From contig CAVYTU010000002.1 of NCBI GenBank assembly GCA_963771465.1, positions 101,945 to 165,944 of the forward strand: 64,000 nt of DNA, given 5' to 3'. Position 1 is the first letter of the stretch, and each line of letters opens with the position of its first letter. The DNA comes from an uncultured delta proteobacterium (GTDB lineage: Bacteria > Desulfobacterota > Binatia > UBA9968). Positions 39,166-48,767 of this stretch are shown in pieces. Position numbers and translations under genes: made by a program. The notes under the pieces are model-generated. The model was not told the DNA's origin. It saw only the letters and a program-made list of their open reading frames with translations, and did no database searches.

Positions 39166-40584
39166 CTAACTGAAAAACTCCTGCTTCCACTTTTGCATCA
39201 CCGCCTGCTGCCGTTCAACGCTGATCTCAGCCGCCGGCGGAAACTTGTCGCGCCACTCGAACGGCCGGCAAGCATCGATAATCATGCGTGAGCTAAAACC
39301 CTTGCGTTCGCGTGGAATGATCGGATCGAGCGGCCCGCTCCAACAGCGCCTGAGAATCTCGGCGGAGTCCACCGGATCGGCGCGGCTGCACATCGCCCAT
39401 AGCACGTCGTTGATATCGTAGGCGTCGATGTCGTCGTCGACCACGACGACATAGCGACCCAAATACGCCGCGCCCTGACATTGACTGGCGACTAGGCCGG
39501 CTTGGCGAGAGTGACCCGGATAGCGCTGGCGGATCGAGAGAACCGTCAAAAAGCGGCGAAAATAGCTGGCCACCGCGGTCACATCGGGCACGCCGGCTTT
39601 TTCCACTTGATCACGAATGTAAGCGGCGCGCAGCAGCTCATAACAATGCTCGGCGCGCGCCGTCGGCCGGTACTCCGGCGACGCCGTGATGATCGGATTG
39701 TTGCGGTGATAGAGCCGGTGCACTTTCACCAACGGCTCCATCTTCTCGCCGCTGGCGTAATAGCCGGTCCATTCGCTGAACGGACCTTCTTCCTTGTTTT
39801 GATCCGGCAGGAACTCACCCTCGATGGCTATCTCTGCGTAGGCGGGAATCGGCAGGCCGGTGATTTCACCTCTAATCACTTTTACCGGCTCGCCTTTAAT
39901 GCCGCCGACGGCATCGAATTCGCTGCGGCCGTAAGGTTCAGGCCGCGTCGCGATCATATGCAGCAGCGGGTCGACACCGAAGCAGGCGACCACCGGGCAA
40001 GGTTTACCCTGATCGAAATATTTTTGCCGATGCAGCCGGCCATGCTTCCCCGGTGAAATATTCATGCCCATGGAGTTCCGATCGTGCACCATGACACGAT
40101 AACAACCGACGTTGACCCAATCTTCTTCCGGATCGCGGGTGATGACCACGTGACCCGTGCCGATATATCTACCGCCGTCACGCTCATGCCAACGCGGCAC
40201 GGGAAATTTAAATAAATCGATATCGTCGCCGGAAAAAACATTCTCCATCACCGGCCCGGATGATACCGTTATGGGAGGAATGGACACCGGCCGCGCCAAA
40301 CGTTCGCGCCATGCTTTGATAAAGCCTTCGCGGGTGACATCCAATGGTAAATTGGTCGTGAGCGCCGAGCGTTTTAAACTCTCAAAGAAACCGACCAGAA
40401 TTCGAAAACCCGCCGGGTAGTCTTTGATTTTGTCGAATAGCAGCGCCGGGCTGTTCTCTTTATGCTTTGAAGCAAGCACGGACAGCGCGCCGATTTCTAA
40501 GTTCCAATCAGCACCCTCAACAACTTTGAGCTCGCCCATTTCTTTTACTTGCTCAATCCACTCGCGCACGTCTTTGTAGCTCAT
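39166..40584 (-). CDS. UbiD-family (prFMN-dependent) decarboxylase
   Basis: PALLFD.I..Y, DGGRYIGT, N.G.YR, EGPF.EWTGYY, VVVVDDDID, V.WA...R.DP. Confidence 0.93.
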   Translation of the reverse strand: MSYKDVREWIEQVKEMGELKVVEGADWNLEIGALSVLASKHKENSPALLFDKIKDYPAGFRILVGFFESLKRSALTTNLPLDVTREGFIKAWRERLARPVSIPPITVSSGPVMENVFSGDDIDLFKFPVPRWHERDGGRYIGTGHVVITRDPEEDWVNVGCYRVMVHDRNSMGMNISPGKHGRLHRQKYFDQGKPCPVVACFGVDPLLHMIATRPEPYGRSEFDAVGGIKGEPVKVIRGEITGLPIPAYAEIAIEGEFLPDQNKEEGPFSEWTGYYASGEKMEPLVKVHRLYHRNNPIITASPEYRPTARAEHCYELLRAAYIRDQVEKAGVPDVTAVASYFRRFLTVLSIRQRYPGHSRQAGLVASQCQGAAYLGRYVVVVDDDIDAYDINDVLWAMCSRADPVDSAEILRRCWSGPLDPIIPRERKGFSSRMIIDACRPFEWRDKFPPAAEISVERQQAVMQKWKQEFFS

Positions 40585-40621
40585 TCTTCTGCTCCCTACG
40601 ATTCAGTCAGGACTACGAGTT

Positions 40622-40637
40622 TGGCCAAAGCTTTGCA
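40622..40637 (+). promoter_or_regulatory. Possible sigma54 promoter upstream of the SBP pseudogene
   Basis: TGGCCAAAGCTTTGCA (GG-N10-GC). Confidence 0.35.
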
Positions 40638-40669
40638 AGCACGCCAAGGAATTGCTACACGCACCTGTC

Positions 40670-41490
40670 ATGGACATTCCAATAACGAGACGAATGGCGT
40701 TAATGCTGCTTGGTGTATTGTGTTGTCTTAGCGCGTCGGCGCGCCCAGGACAAAGTCATCATCGGCCATTCGGCACGCGCGGCGATATCGACTATAGCTA
40801 CAGCACCGGCACGATCGTGGCGCGATCCTGGGCGTACCGGTAAGAAATCTGACGTTCGATTTTTCCCGCGTGATGCACGCGCTGATGTCGCGCCGGGACA
40901 TCGCCAACGCATCGGCGCTCAGAGGCAAGAGAGTCGGCGTCAGCTCCTTTGGCGCCACCGGCGATCTCGCCGCCCGCGTCGGCCTCCGTTCCATCGGACT
41001 CGATCCGGACAAAGACGTGACGATCATCACCCTCGGTCCCGACACACTGCGCCACGCCGCGCTCATGGCCGGCACGGTGCAAGCGACGCATATGCCGGTG
41101 CCGCTCAATATTCAGCTCAAAAAAGAAGGCTATCATGGGCTTGTCTGCGGCGGGAAAATTCTCCAGCGCCCGCTCACCGGCCTCGCCACAAGCTTGGAGA
41201 AAATTCACAACAATCCCGGGCAGGTGCAGCATGGTGCGCGCCTGCCTGCGCGCTCAAAGGCGAACGCGCCGGCTTTATTTCATTCGCGCGGAGAAAATAT
41301 GGCTACTCGAAGGAAGTGATGGAAGAAGCCTAGAAATATCTTGTCGACGCCCTGGCACAAGACGGATTTGTCGAAGACAGCTCACTGCAAGCGGCGATTG
41401 ACAAAGCCAAGACTGGCGAAGATAACTAAGCGGATCCTGCAATCCGACGTGGTCGATTACAGTTTTCTCCGCGCGGCGGTGAAGAAATAG
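40670..41490 (+). pseudogene. Decayed NMT1/SsuA-like SBP gene (internal deletions, frameshifts, stops)
   Basis: Signal peptide...QDKVIIGHS jumps to IDYSYSTGT; LRGKRVGVSSFG...GLDPDKDV; ends VDYSFLRAAVKK*. Confidence 0.75.
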
Positions 41491-41529
41491 ATCGCGGCTT
41501 CCTCCAGCTCTAAACCCGAAAATCGAAAC

Positions 41530-42477
41530 CTATCGCCCCGCCTCCTGCGCCAAGGAAAAATCAAAAATCTTTTCCGGCGGCACCGCTTCTTTGATGCGCA
41601 AAGCTTCACGGCCGATCTCGACGATCTCTTTGGCCGCATCGGCGCTTAAGCGGCCGCCGTTCAAAACAAACGGCGCGTCGTCGTCGTACATGCGGCGCGC
41701 CAATGACGCCTCTTTGATGCCGAGACGTTTCTGAATATAGGGAATCATGATCTCGGGACTATCCTGAAAAAATTTAAGCCCGCGGTTCCAGGCTCGAAGG
41801 AAGCGCACAAGTCTTTCCCGCTTTTGTTTGATGTTGGTGTCAGTTGCAACCACTCCGGTTTGCAGATAGCGCATATAGTCTCGACCGCGGCCAAAAACTT
41901 TGTAGCCTTTCTCCTCCGCGAGGTAGATCGACGGCGGCGTCATCATGGCGCCGGCAACTCGACCAGAAAACAGCGACTGCAAACGGGCCGGCGTATCCAT
42001 GCTCAAAAACGATACATCCTTCGCCGCATCGAGCCCTTTCGCTTGAAGAATGCGCCGCGTCATCACCGCTGCGGTGCCATCGAGCGATCCCACCGCGATG
42101 GACTTGCCCTTTAACTCGTTGGCTGAGTTAGCCGTTGGCGCGACGATCAGCTCATGAATCGGCCGGTCGCGCGTGACCGAAATGACTTTGACCGGCACGC
42201 CGCGCAGCGCGGCGGAAAAGCCGCTACCAGCATGGCAGGTAACGTCGATCTCACCCGCCATTATGCTACTGACACCGACAATGCCGCGCACCACCAACAC
42301 GTGAAGTTCCAGTCCTTCCTGGCCGAAGAAGCCTTTCTCCTGGCCATAGTAAAGCGGCACGTAGCTGAGCGTCGGCCCCGGTATACTGATGAAGAACTTG
42401 TCAGCCGCAACGCCATAGCCATAAATAAAAATGATCTGCAGAATCACTGCTACGATCAACCGTCGTGTCTGAGTCAT
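41530..42477 (-). CDS. NMT1/SsuA-like ABC substrate-binding protein
   Basis: EKGFF..EGLE, GEID, ELKGKSIAV, GLDAAKDV, FDFSLA. Confidence 0.87.
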   Translation of the reverse strand: MTQTRRLIVAVILQIIFIYGYGVAADKFFISIPGPTLSYVPLYYGQEKGFFGQEGLELHVLVVRGIVGVSSIMAGEIDVTCHAGSGFSAALRGVPVKVISVTRDRPIHELIVAPTANSANELKGKSIAVGSLDGTAAVMTRRILQAKGLDAAKDVSFLSMDTPARLQSLFSGRVAGAMMTPPSIYLAEEKGYKVFGRGRDYMRYLQTGVVATDTNIKQKRERLVRFLRAWNRGLKFFQDSPEIMIPYIQKRLGIKEASLARRMYDDDAPFVLNGGRLSADAAKEIVEIGREALRIKEAVPPEKIFDFSLAQEAGR

Positions 42478-42612
42478 AGAGCCCCCATTATATTCGCCAG
42501 TTAAATTTAGTTGCTGCTGCAAGTCCGGTTCCCTTTTGGGCTCTTTGCGGTGGATTCCGTTTGTTTCACGGGCCGCAGCAAGGCGTCGCACTGCAATTGT
42601 CCTTTGGCACTC

Positions 42613-44319
42613 TTAATGCGTGAACGGCAGAGCCGAGTAAACAATCCGTCCGCCGACCATGGTGAGTAAAGACTCCAGAGAGCGGATTTGATCCTCCGGC
42701 ACCGTCATGTAATCCGCGTTGAGCACGGCCAAGTCGGCAAACTTATCGACTTCGATCGACCCTTTGCGCCGTTCGTCGCCGGTAAGCGACGCGCTGCCGA
42801 TTGTGTACATGCGCAGCGCCTCGGCGCGCGTGACGTTCTGGCTTTTATCGCGGATCGCCGAGCCCGCCACAGTCTTACCCGTCACCAACCACCAAAGCGA
42901 TAGCATCGGTGAATAATTCGCCGCAAGAAAACCATCCGTGCCGGCGCCCAGCGGAACGCCGGCCGCGATCATAGCTCGGAGCGGCGGTGCATTGCCTGCT
43001 TTGGCCAAGCCCAACAGTTCGACATAACGCTCGCCGGTGAGCGCCAAGCGATCCTGCACCGCGATGCCAGCGCCGAGGCTTTTGATTCTTGAGATGGTCT
43101 CCGAAGCGACGTCTTCTAAATGCGCAAAGACGATTTGCTGCGGCGCAAATGGTGTCGCCAGATGAACCGCTTCGAGCACATCCAACAACTGGCGCGCAGT
43201 ATGGTCCTGACTGGCATTTAGCTGAAGACGTTGTCCGGTTTCCACCGAGTAGCGCGCCATCTGGCGAAACTTTTCCTTCGCGTCCGCGGAGATCGTGACG
43301 TCTTTGGGATTAGACCACGAGTCGTCGTTGCCGATACCCGCTACTAAATTCCCAGCGAAGCCGGCAAATCGAAACATGTCCCCTCGCGTCAAACCGCCAA
43401 CTTCCGCGGCTGTATGTTTGAGCTGCTCAAGTTTATCGCCGGGATCGTTCGGCGCGAGATAAAAACTCAACCGCACCGACAACTCGCCGCTGCGCGCCAT
43501 GTCCGCAAGCAGTCGCCGATGCGCGAAAGTGACGCCGCTCGTCTGTAGATCGCTGGCGGAAGTCATACCGAGGCGGTTGAGCTCGCGAAAACAGTTGCGC
43601 AGACTCTGGCGAATGCGATCGAGCGGCAAACCGGGAATCTTGCTGTAAGCGAATTCCCACGCGGCCACGCCTTGGAGCCACCCGGTCAACTCGCCAGTGT
43701 TGGGATCGCGTTCGAACTTGCCGCCGGCCGGATCCGGAGTCTTCGTCGTGATGCCGAGCGATTGCAGCGCCGCGCTGTTGAGCAACGCTCCTTGGCGCAA
43801 ATACTGCACATAAACGGGATGACTCGGCGCGATGGCGTCGAGCTCCGCTCGTGTCGGAAAGCGCCGCTCGCCGAACTGCGTCGGCACCCAGCCGCCGCCA
43901 ACCACGATCCAACTTCCCGACGGCGTGCTCTTCACCCGCGTCGCGATTTGGCCAATGCCGTCGGAGAGCGTTCGAGTGCGCTCCCAATGCAGTTCGGCGT
44001 CCCAACTCAATCCGGCCGCCGTCGCGTGAATATGGGAATCGATCAGTCCTGGCACCACCGTCCGGCCACCGAGATCGATCACGCGTGTCGCCGACCCCAT
44101 CAGCGGCCTGACATCACGGTCGCTGCCGACGGCTATGAATCGGCCATTCTTGATTGCCACGGCTTCCTTGATGGAAAAATCACGATCAACGGTAAGGATC
44201 TTGCCGTTGCGCAAAACCATGTCCGCCGGCTGTGGCACGGCCAGCGAGCGCGCGAAATCAACCTCGGCATTTGAACAGCCAACGAATAGCATCATCAACA
44301 GCAATAATTTGAGCCGCAT
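42613..44319 (-). CDS. Amidohydrolase_3 (YtcJ/NfdA-like), predicted lipoprotein
   Basis: Lipobox LFVGC; NGKI.T.D, DLGGRTVVPGLIDSHIH, GTD, ALRMYT, GSIEV.K.ADL. Confidence 0.88.
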   Translation of the reverse strand: MRLKLLLLMMLFVGCSNAEVDFARSLAVPQPADMVLRNGKILTVDRDFSIKEAVAIKNGRFIAVGSDRDVRPLMGSATRVIDLGGRTVVPGLIDSHIHATAAGLSWDAELHWERTRTLSDGIGQIATRVKSTPSGSWIVVGGGWVPTQFGERRFPTRAELDAIAPSHPVYVQYLRQGALLNSAALQSLGITTKTPDPAGGKFERDPNTGELTGWLQGVAAWEFAYSKIPGLPLDRIRQSLRNCFRELNRLGMTSASDLQTSGVTFAHRRLLADMARSGELSVRLSFYLAPNDPGDKLEQLKHTAAEVGGLTRGDMFRFAGFAGNLVAGIGNDDSWSNPKDVTISADAKEKFRQMARYSVETGQRLQLNASQDHTARQLLDVLEAVHLATPFAPQQIVFAHLEDVASETISRIKSLGAGIAVQDRLALTGERYVELLGLAKAGNAPPLRAMIAAGVPLGAGTDGFLAANYSPMLSLWWLVTGKTVAGSAIRDKSQNVTRAEALRMYTIGSASLTGDERRKGSIEVDKFADLAVLNADYMTVPEDQIRSLESLLTMVGGRIVYSALPFTH

Positions 44320-44560
44320 AAACCGAATCCACCGAATTGTTTTAATGGTGACGATTCTACGCCTGCGCGGGTGCTATTGCGAGGCATGACGGCAAATCAT
44401 CATCAGAACAATTGTCTTGCCATCGTCGCGGGAGAAAATGATTTTCCGCGCTACCGACAGCCTCATCGCCGACTTCCCGAATTAGTTGCGTTGCGCCGAT
44501 GATTGAAGCTATAGTCCGAGGAAATTTTCGTGGCGATGCGATGTTCTAGTGAGGTGAACG

Positions 44561-45805
44561 ATGAAACCTGTGCAACTTTTTTGCTGGCATTTCATGGCCT
44601 ACCCCTATCTCGACAAGGATTTCGACGAGAAGGAATATAGCGGCTGGGTAACCGTACCGAACAGATTATGGGATAACAATAAAGCTCGCGGCCTTTATCA
44701 GGAATACATCGATCAATTGGCGCTCGCCGACGAGCTCGGCTTCGACGGCATGGTGCTCAACGAGCATCATCAAAATATTTACGGCTTGATGCCGTCGCCA
44801 AACATGATCGCCTCGGCGCTGACACAATGCACCTCGCGCGGGAAAATCGTGATACTCGGCAATCTGTTGCCGCTTCACATGAACCCCATGCGCGTCGCCG
44901 AGGAATACGCCATGCTCGATCAGATGAGTAACGGCCGTTTGATCGCGGGCTTCGCGCCTGGCGGCGGACCGGAAACGTTCAACTACGATGTGCCGTCGGC
45001 CAACACCAGAGAGAAATTCTGGGAAGCTGCCGATTTAATCGTGCGCTCCTGGACCGACGACGGACCGTTCGCGCATGAAGGGCGCTACTATCCGCTACGC
45101 TATGTCAATCTCTGGCCCAAGCCGCTGCAAAAACCGTTTCCACCGGTGTGGATTCCCGGATCGCGCAGTCCATCGACGATGACCGAAGTTGCCAAGCGCG
45201 GCTATTGCTATTTTCTCTCGTCGCGCAGCCATGGCGGCGAGACCCACCGGGCGCAGCAAGAATTTGCCCAAGTTTTGGAAAAACACGGCGACCAGTATCA
45301 ACCGTTCAGATTTGGCATTCTAATGTCGACCTATGTGGCGGAGACCGATCAGCAGGCGCGCGCAGAGTGCGAAGAAGGAGTTTGGTATTTTCTCAAGAAC
45401 TGTTTGAAAGGCCACCTGCGCAAAGTCGGCCGCCAACTCACCTACGGCCCTGGCGTGCCCTACATTCCGGCCGCGGCTTGGCGCGAATATATGAAAAGCT
45501 ATCAACCGGGACGCAAACTTTTGGGCGACGTGGAAAACTGGGAAGAATTAGAAGCATCGCAGTCGATCATTGTCGGCAGTCCCGAAACCGTGGCGCGGCG
45601 CATCAGCGCGCTGATCGAGAAAGCCAAGGTGGGTAATCTCTTGATCCAATTCCAGCTCGGCAACATGCCCGATCACCTGGCACGCAAAAGCATGAAACTC
45701 TTTGCCGAAAAAGTCGCGCCGATCTTGCGCCACGATTCTTTAATCCAGTTCACCAAGGAATATCCCGGCGTCAACGTGGAGCAATCCGCGCAGGCGGTGC
45801 ATTGA
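44561..45805 (+). CDS. LLM-class flavin-dependent oxidoreductase
   Basis: ADELGFDG..LNEHH, MPSPN, P.RVAEE.AMLD.MS.GRL, P.QKP.PP.W, VGSPETV. Confidence 0.92.
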   Translation: MKPVQLFCWHFMAYPYLDKDFDEKEYSGWVTVPNRLWDNNKARGLYQEYIDQLALADELGFDGMVLNEHHQNIYGLMPSPNMIASALTQCTSRGKIVILGNLLPLHMNPMRVAEEYAMLDQMSNGRLIAGFAPGGGPETFNYDVPSANTREKFWEAADLIVRSWTDDGPFAHEGRYYPLRYVNLWPKPLQKPFPPVWIPGSRSPSTMTEVAKRGYCYFLSSRSHGGETHRAQQEFAQVLEKHGDQYQPFRFGILMSTYVAETDQQARAECEEGVWYFLKNCLKGHLRKVGRQLTYGPGVPYIPAAAWREYMKSYQPGRKLLGDVENWEELEASQSIIVGSPETVARRISALIEKAKVGNLLIQFQLGNMPDHLARKSMKLFAEKVAPILRHDSLIQFTKEYPGVNVEQSAQAVH

Positions 45806-46620
45806 TGAGCGGTCGCGCTCTAGAAATCAACGGACGGAAAGTTTGGCTGCTGGAAAACGGCGACGGCGCGCCGCTGCTTTATTTGCACGGTTTCGCCGAC
45901 GTGCACTCGCTGAAAGATTCGTGGTTGCCGTTTCATGAACAGCTGGCGCAAAGCTGCCGCGTCATCGCGCCGGCCCATCCCGGCTGCGCCCAGAGCGACG
46001 AGAACAAAGACGTTGACGTGATCGAAGACGTGGTCTTTCACTATTTAGAAGTGCTTGATGCGCTTAGACTCGACAAGTTCGATCTTGTCGGCCATTGTCT
46101 CGGCGGCTGGATCGCCGCCGAGCTCGCCGTGCGCCACCCGGAAAAAATTCGCAAGCTAGTTTTAATCGGCGCTTCCGGCTTATTCGTACAAGGCGCGCTG
46201 ATCGGCGACATCTTCATGAACGCGCAACCGGAGTTCGGTTCAAGCTATGCTACGTTGCGCGAAATGCTTTTCTCCAGTGCCGATCAACCAAATGCGTTAG
46301 AAATGTTTCCTGACGGCAAAGGCGAGCTCGAAGACGAAGTGCGGCGTTATCAAATGCTGCGATTAAGCTCGCGCGTTGGCTTCAAGCCGCCCTACTTTTA
46401 CAACCTCCCACTGAAAAATCGTCTGCATCGCATCACATCCCCAGCGCTAATCATATGGGGCGAAAAGGACGGCTTCGTCCCACGCTCCCACGGTGAAACT
46501 TTCGCGAAGTTGATTCCAAACAGCGGCGAATTGAAAATTATCTCTGGCGCCGGACACAGCGTACACGTCGAGAAGCCGGAAGAAACGGCGAAGCTGGTCA
46601 GCGAGTTTCTGCAACAGTAG
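45805..46620 (+). CDS. Alpha/beta-fold hydrolase with a GHCLG nucleophile elbow
   Basis: LLYLHG, HPGC, LVGHCLGGWIA.E, WGEKD, GAGH..H.EKP; coupled to the LLM stop. Confidence 0.88.
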   Translation: MSGRALEINGRKVWLLENGDGAPLLYLHGFADVHSLKDSWLPFHEQLAQSCRVIAPAHPGCAQSDENKDVDVIEDVVFHYLEVLDALRLDKFDLVGHCLGGWIAAELAVRHPEKIRKLVLIGASGLFVQGALIGDIFMNAQPEFGSSYATLREMLFSSADQPNALEMFPDGKGELEDEVRRYQMLRLSSRVGFKPPYFYNLPLKNRLHRITSPALIIWGEKDGFVPRSHGETFAKLIPNSGELKIISGAGHSVHVEKPEETAKLVSEFLQQ

Positions 46621-46675
46621 ATTTCAACGCCAATCGAAACCCATTGCGTTGCAATGACGCGGCACTCGTCTCGCC

Positions 46676-47410
46676 TCAAGCGCTAGCGCGCTTGGTTCCC
46701 GAGAGCAGTAGATAACGCCAAGTATAAGGAATCGGCCCTGAACGTAGATCCTGTTCCAAGCGCTCGATCCCAGCGTCAAACGTAGAATTCGACATCAGCT
46801 GCAGACTAGAATGGACCTTCGTTCGATACGGCTCGATGTCGGTAAGCTCGGTGTGACACTCAACCTCTAACTGCTGAAGGTCGACAAAGCCCGCGGCTTG
46901 CAGTTCAGACTTCAAAGCGACTACGGATGGATAGCGCGCCAGTTCAATCTCGACGGCAGCCGGAAAGTAGCTTGCGTGCGGCTCGCGACGGCGAATCATC
47001 TCTGCCGATTCAGTCACCAAACAAAAACTTCCACCCGGGCACAAGACTCGCAAACACTCGCGGAAGACTTGCTCACGGTCGCCAAAGTGGTGCACGACGT
47101 CCACTGCAAATACCAGGTCAAATTGATCGGCGGGTAACTTCAGTCGCTCCGCCGACGCGCAGAATAAGTGCGCTTTGGTTAACTGACTCTGCGCTTCGGC
47201 GAGCATCGCTTCCGACGAGTCAACCCCCCAGCAGTCGCAACCGACAATCCCACTAAGCGCCAAAAGATAGTTGCCAGTGCCGCAGCCAACATCGAGAACC
47301 GACGAAGCCGGACTAAGCGTGCCTATTGAAACGAGACGGCGCAAAACCTCAGGGTGAACTCGACGATGGCGGACATAGTCGGCCGCAATTGATTGACAGT
47401 AAGCGTCCAC
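46676..47410 (-). CDS. Class I SAM-dependent methyltransferase
   Basis: VLDVGCGTG, GVD.S..ML, FDLV....VHH, RVL.PGG. Confidence 0.88.
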   Translation of the reverse strand: MDAYCQSIAADYVRHRRVHPEVLRRLVSIGTLSPASSVLDVGCGTGNYLLALSGIVGCDCWGVDSSEAMLAEAQSQLTKAHLFCASAERLKLPADQFDLVFAVDVVHHFGDREQVFRECLRVLCPGGSFCLVTESAEMIRRREPHASYFPAAVEIELARYPSVVALKSELQAAGFVDLQQLEVECHTELTDIEPYRTKVHSSLQLMSNSTFDAGIERLEQDLRSGPIPYTWRYLLLSGTKRASA

Positions 47411-47561
47411 CGTTTGAACTAGCTAATTGAAGTGAGCGACGGCCACGGGACGTAGCGAAGTAAGTTCCTCGCGCTTACGCTTGATTCTTTCCAAACAGCC
47501 ATGGTTGGTCTCTAGGCGATGATGCTATTGAGCAATCCGCAACACTCGCTCCATCCATTCA

Positions 47562-48632
47562 TCACCGCGCTGGCAGCGGGTCGGCGCCGGCGAGCTTTTG
47601 ATAGAGTTGCACGACTTCTTTATCGCGCGGCAATTCTTTGATCGCGCGCTCGAGTTCTTCGCCACTTAGCGGCGCTGGGCCGTCGCCCATGAGCTTTTTG
47701 TACTCCACGGGAAATTCCGGATCGGCGAACGACTTGTTGATCGCTTCGCGAATAATCTGCACGCGCTCTTTGGGCGTGCCAGGGGGGAAGATGTAAGGCC
47801 AGCGCGGATATTGAAAGGCGCGAAACATATCGAGCAGTTTGCGTTCCGTGTCCGTCTTGGCGAAACTTCCGAACTCCGCCAATTGGGCAAACGCCGGGTG
47901 ATGACGGCCCTTGGGAACCGTCAGCGTGGCGTGAAGATGAATCTGCTTCTTTTCGATCCACTCCGGCTTCTCGATCACAAATCGCGCCGCGCCGGTAGCA
48001 TGGGCATCGATCTCGCCGCGTTCCATCGCTATGTAAATTTCCGGTCCAGTGAAGCCAGTAACGAACTTAGGCTCTTTGATGCCGATAAGATAAGCGGCCA
48101 TGCGCGCCGTGACATAGACCGGATGGCCCACGGAGTGGGCGCCAAACCTGATGCCATTGGCGGCTCGGAGTTTGGCGAGAGAATCCAAACCCGCATCTGC
48201 CTTGGTGTAGAACACATAGGGATCGCCGCCGTCGGTTGAACCCAGGTAAATAAATTTGTCGAGATCATAGCTACTGCCGGGCAGGCCCAAGATCGGCCCA
48301 ACCACTAGCCCCGCGCCGATGGAGCCGATGGTCAGTCCGTCGGGCTTGGTCGAACTGTAAATGACATTGGCCGCTTTTCTTCCCGCCGCGCCTTCGATGA
48401 ATTCAACCATGATGTGCGGTTTGCCGGGAATGTACTTCTCGAGAAACTTCACCAACGCCCGGGTCTGAAATTCCCCCGAGCCGCCGGGACCGCCGCCCCG
48501 GACAATCTTGATGGTTTTGCCCTTGTAGAAATCCGCCTGCGCCAATGCCTGACCGGCGAGTGAAATCATCCCCAACCCAATCGCTAGCGCGCAAATCGAT
48601 ACTCGTAGTGCCAGTCCATTAACAGTTTTCAT
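47562..48632 (-). CDS. TctC/Bug-like substrate-binding protein (close paralog of 752-1813)
   Basis: FYKGKTIKIV, KYIPG.P, EFIEG..GR.AAN, KPDGLTIG, DKFIYLG, ends DPLPAR as 752-1813 does. Confidence 0.86.
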   Translation of the reverse strand: MKTVNGLALRVSICALAIGLGMISLAGQALAQADFYKGKTIKIVRGGGPGGSGEFQTRALVKFLEKYIPGKPHIMVEFIEGAAGRKAANVIYSSTKPDGLTIGSIGAGLVVGPILGLPGSSYDLDKFIYLGSTDGGDPYVFYTKADAGLDSLAKLRAANGIRFGAHSVGHPVYVTARMAAYLIGIKEPKFVTGFTGPEIYIAMERGEIDAHATGAARFVIEKPEWIEKKQIHLHATLTVPKGRHHPAFAQLAEFGSFAKTDTERKLLDMFRAFQYPRWPYIFPPGTPKERVQIIREAINKSFADPEFPVEYKKLMGDGPAPLSGEELERAIKELPRDKEVVQLYQKLAGADPLPAR

Positions 48633-48767
48633 CGACCCTCCCCGGAAAAATCATGCGGCCCAATATTAGATCCAAAACTTCGCTAACGCCGTGACGCATC
48701 GCAGTGCACCGATGCAGCGCTAAATCTATCAACTCGAGGCGCTAGACACTAGACTCAAAACCATCGA

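Noticed and set aside
46676-47560. Methyltransferase as part of a mobile element
   Set aside because: Codon style looks slightly atypical, but no terminal repeats, target duplication or transposase were found
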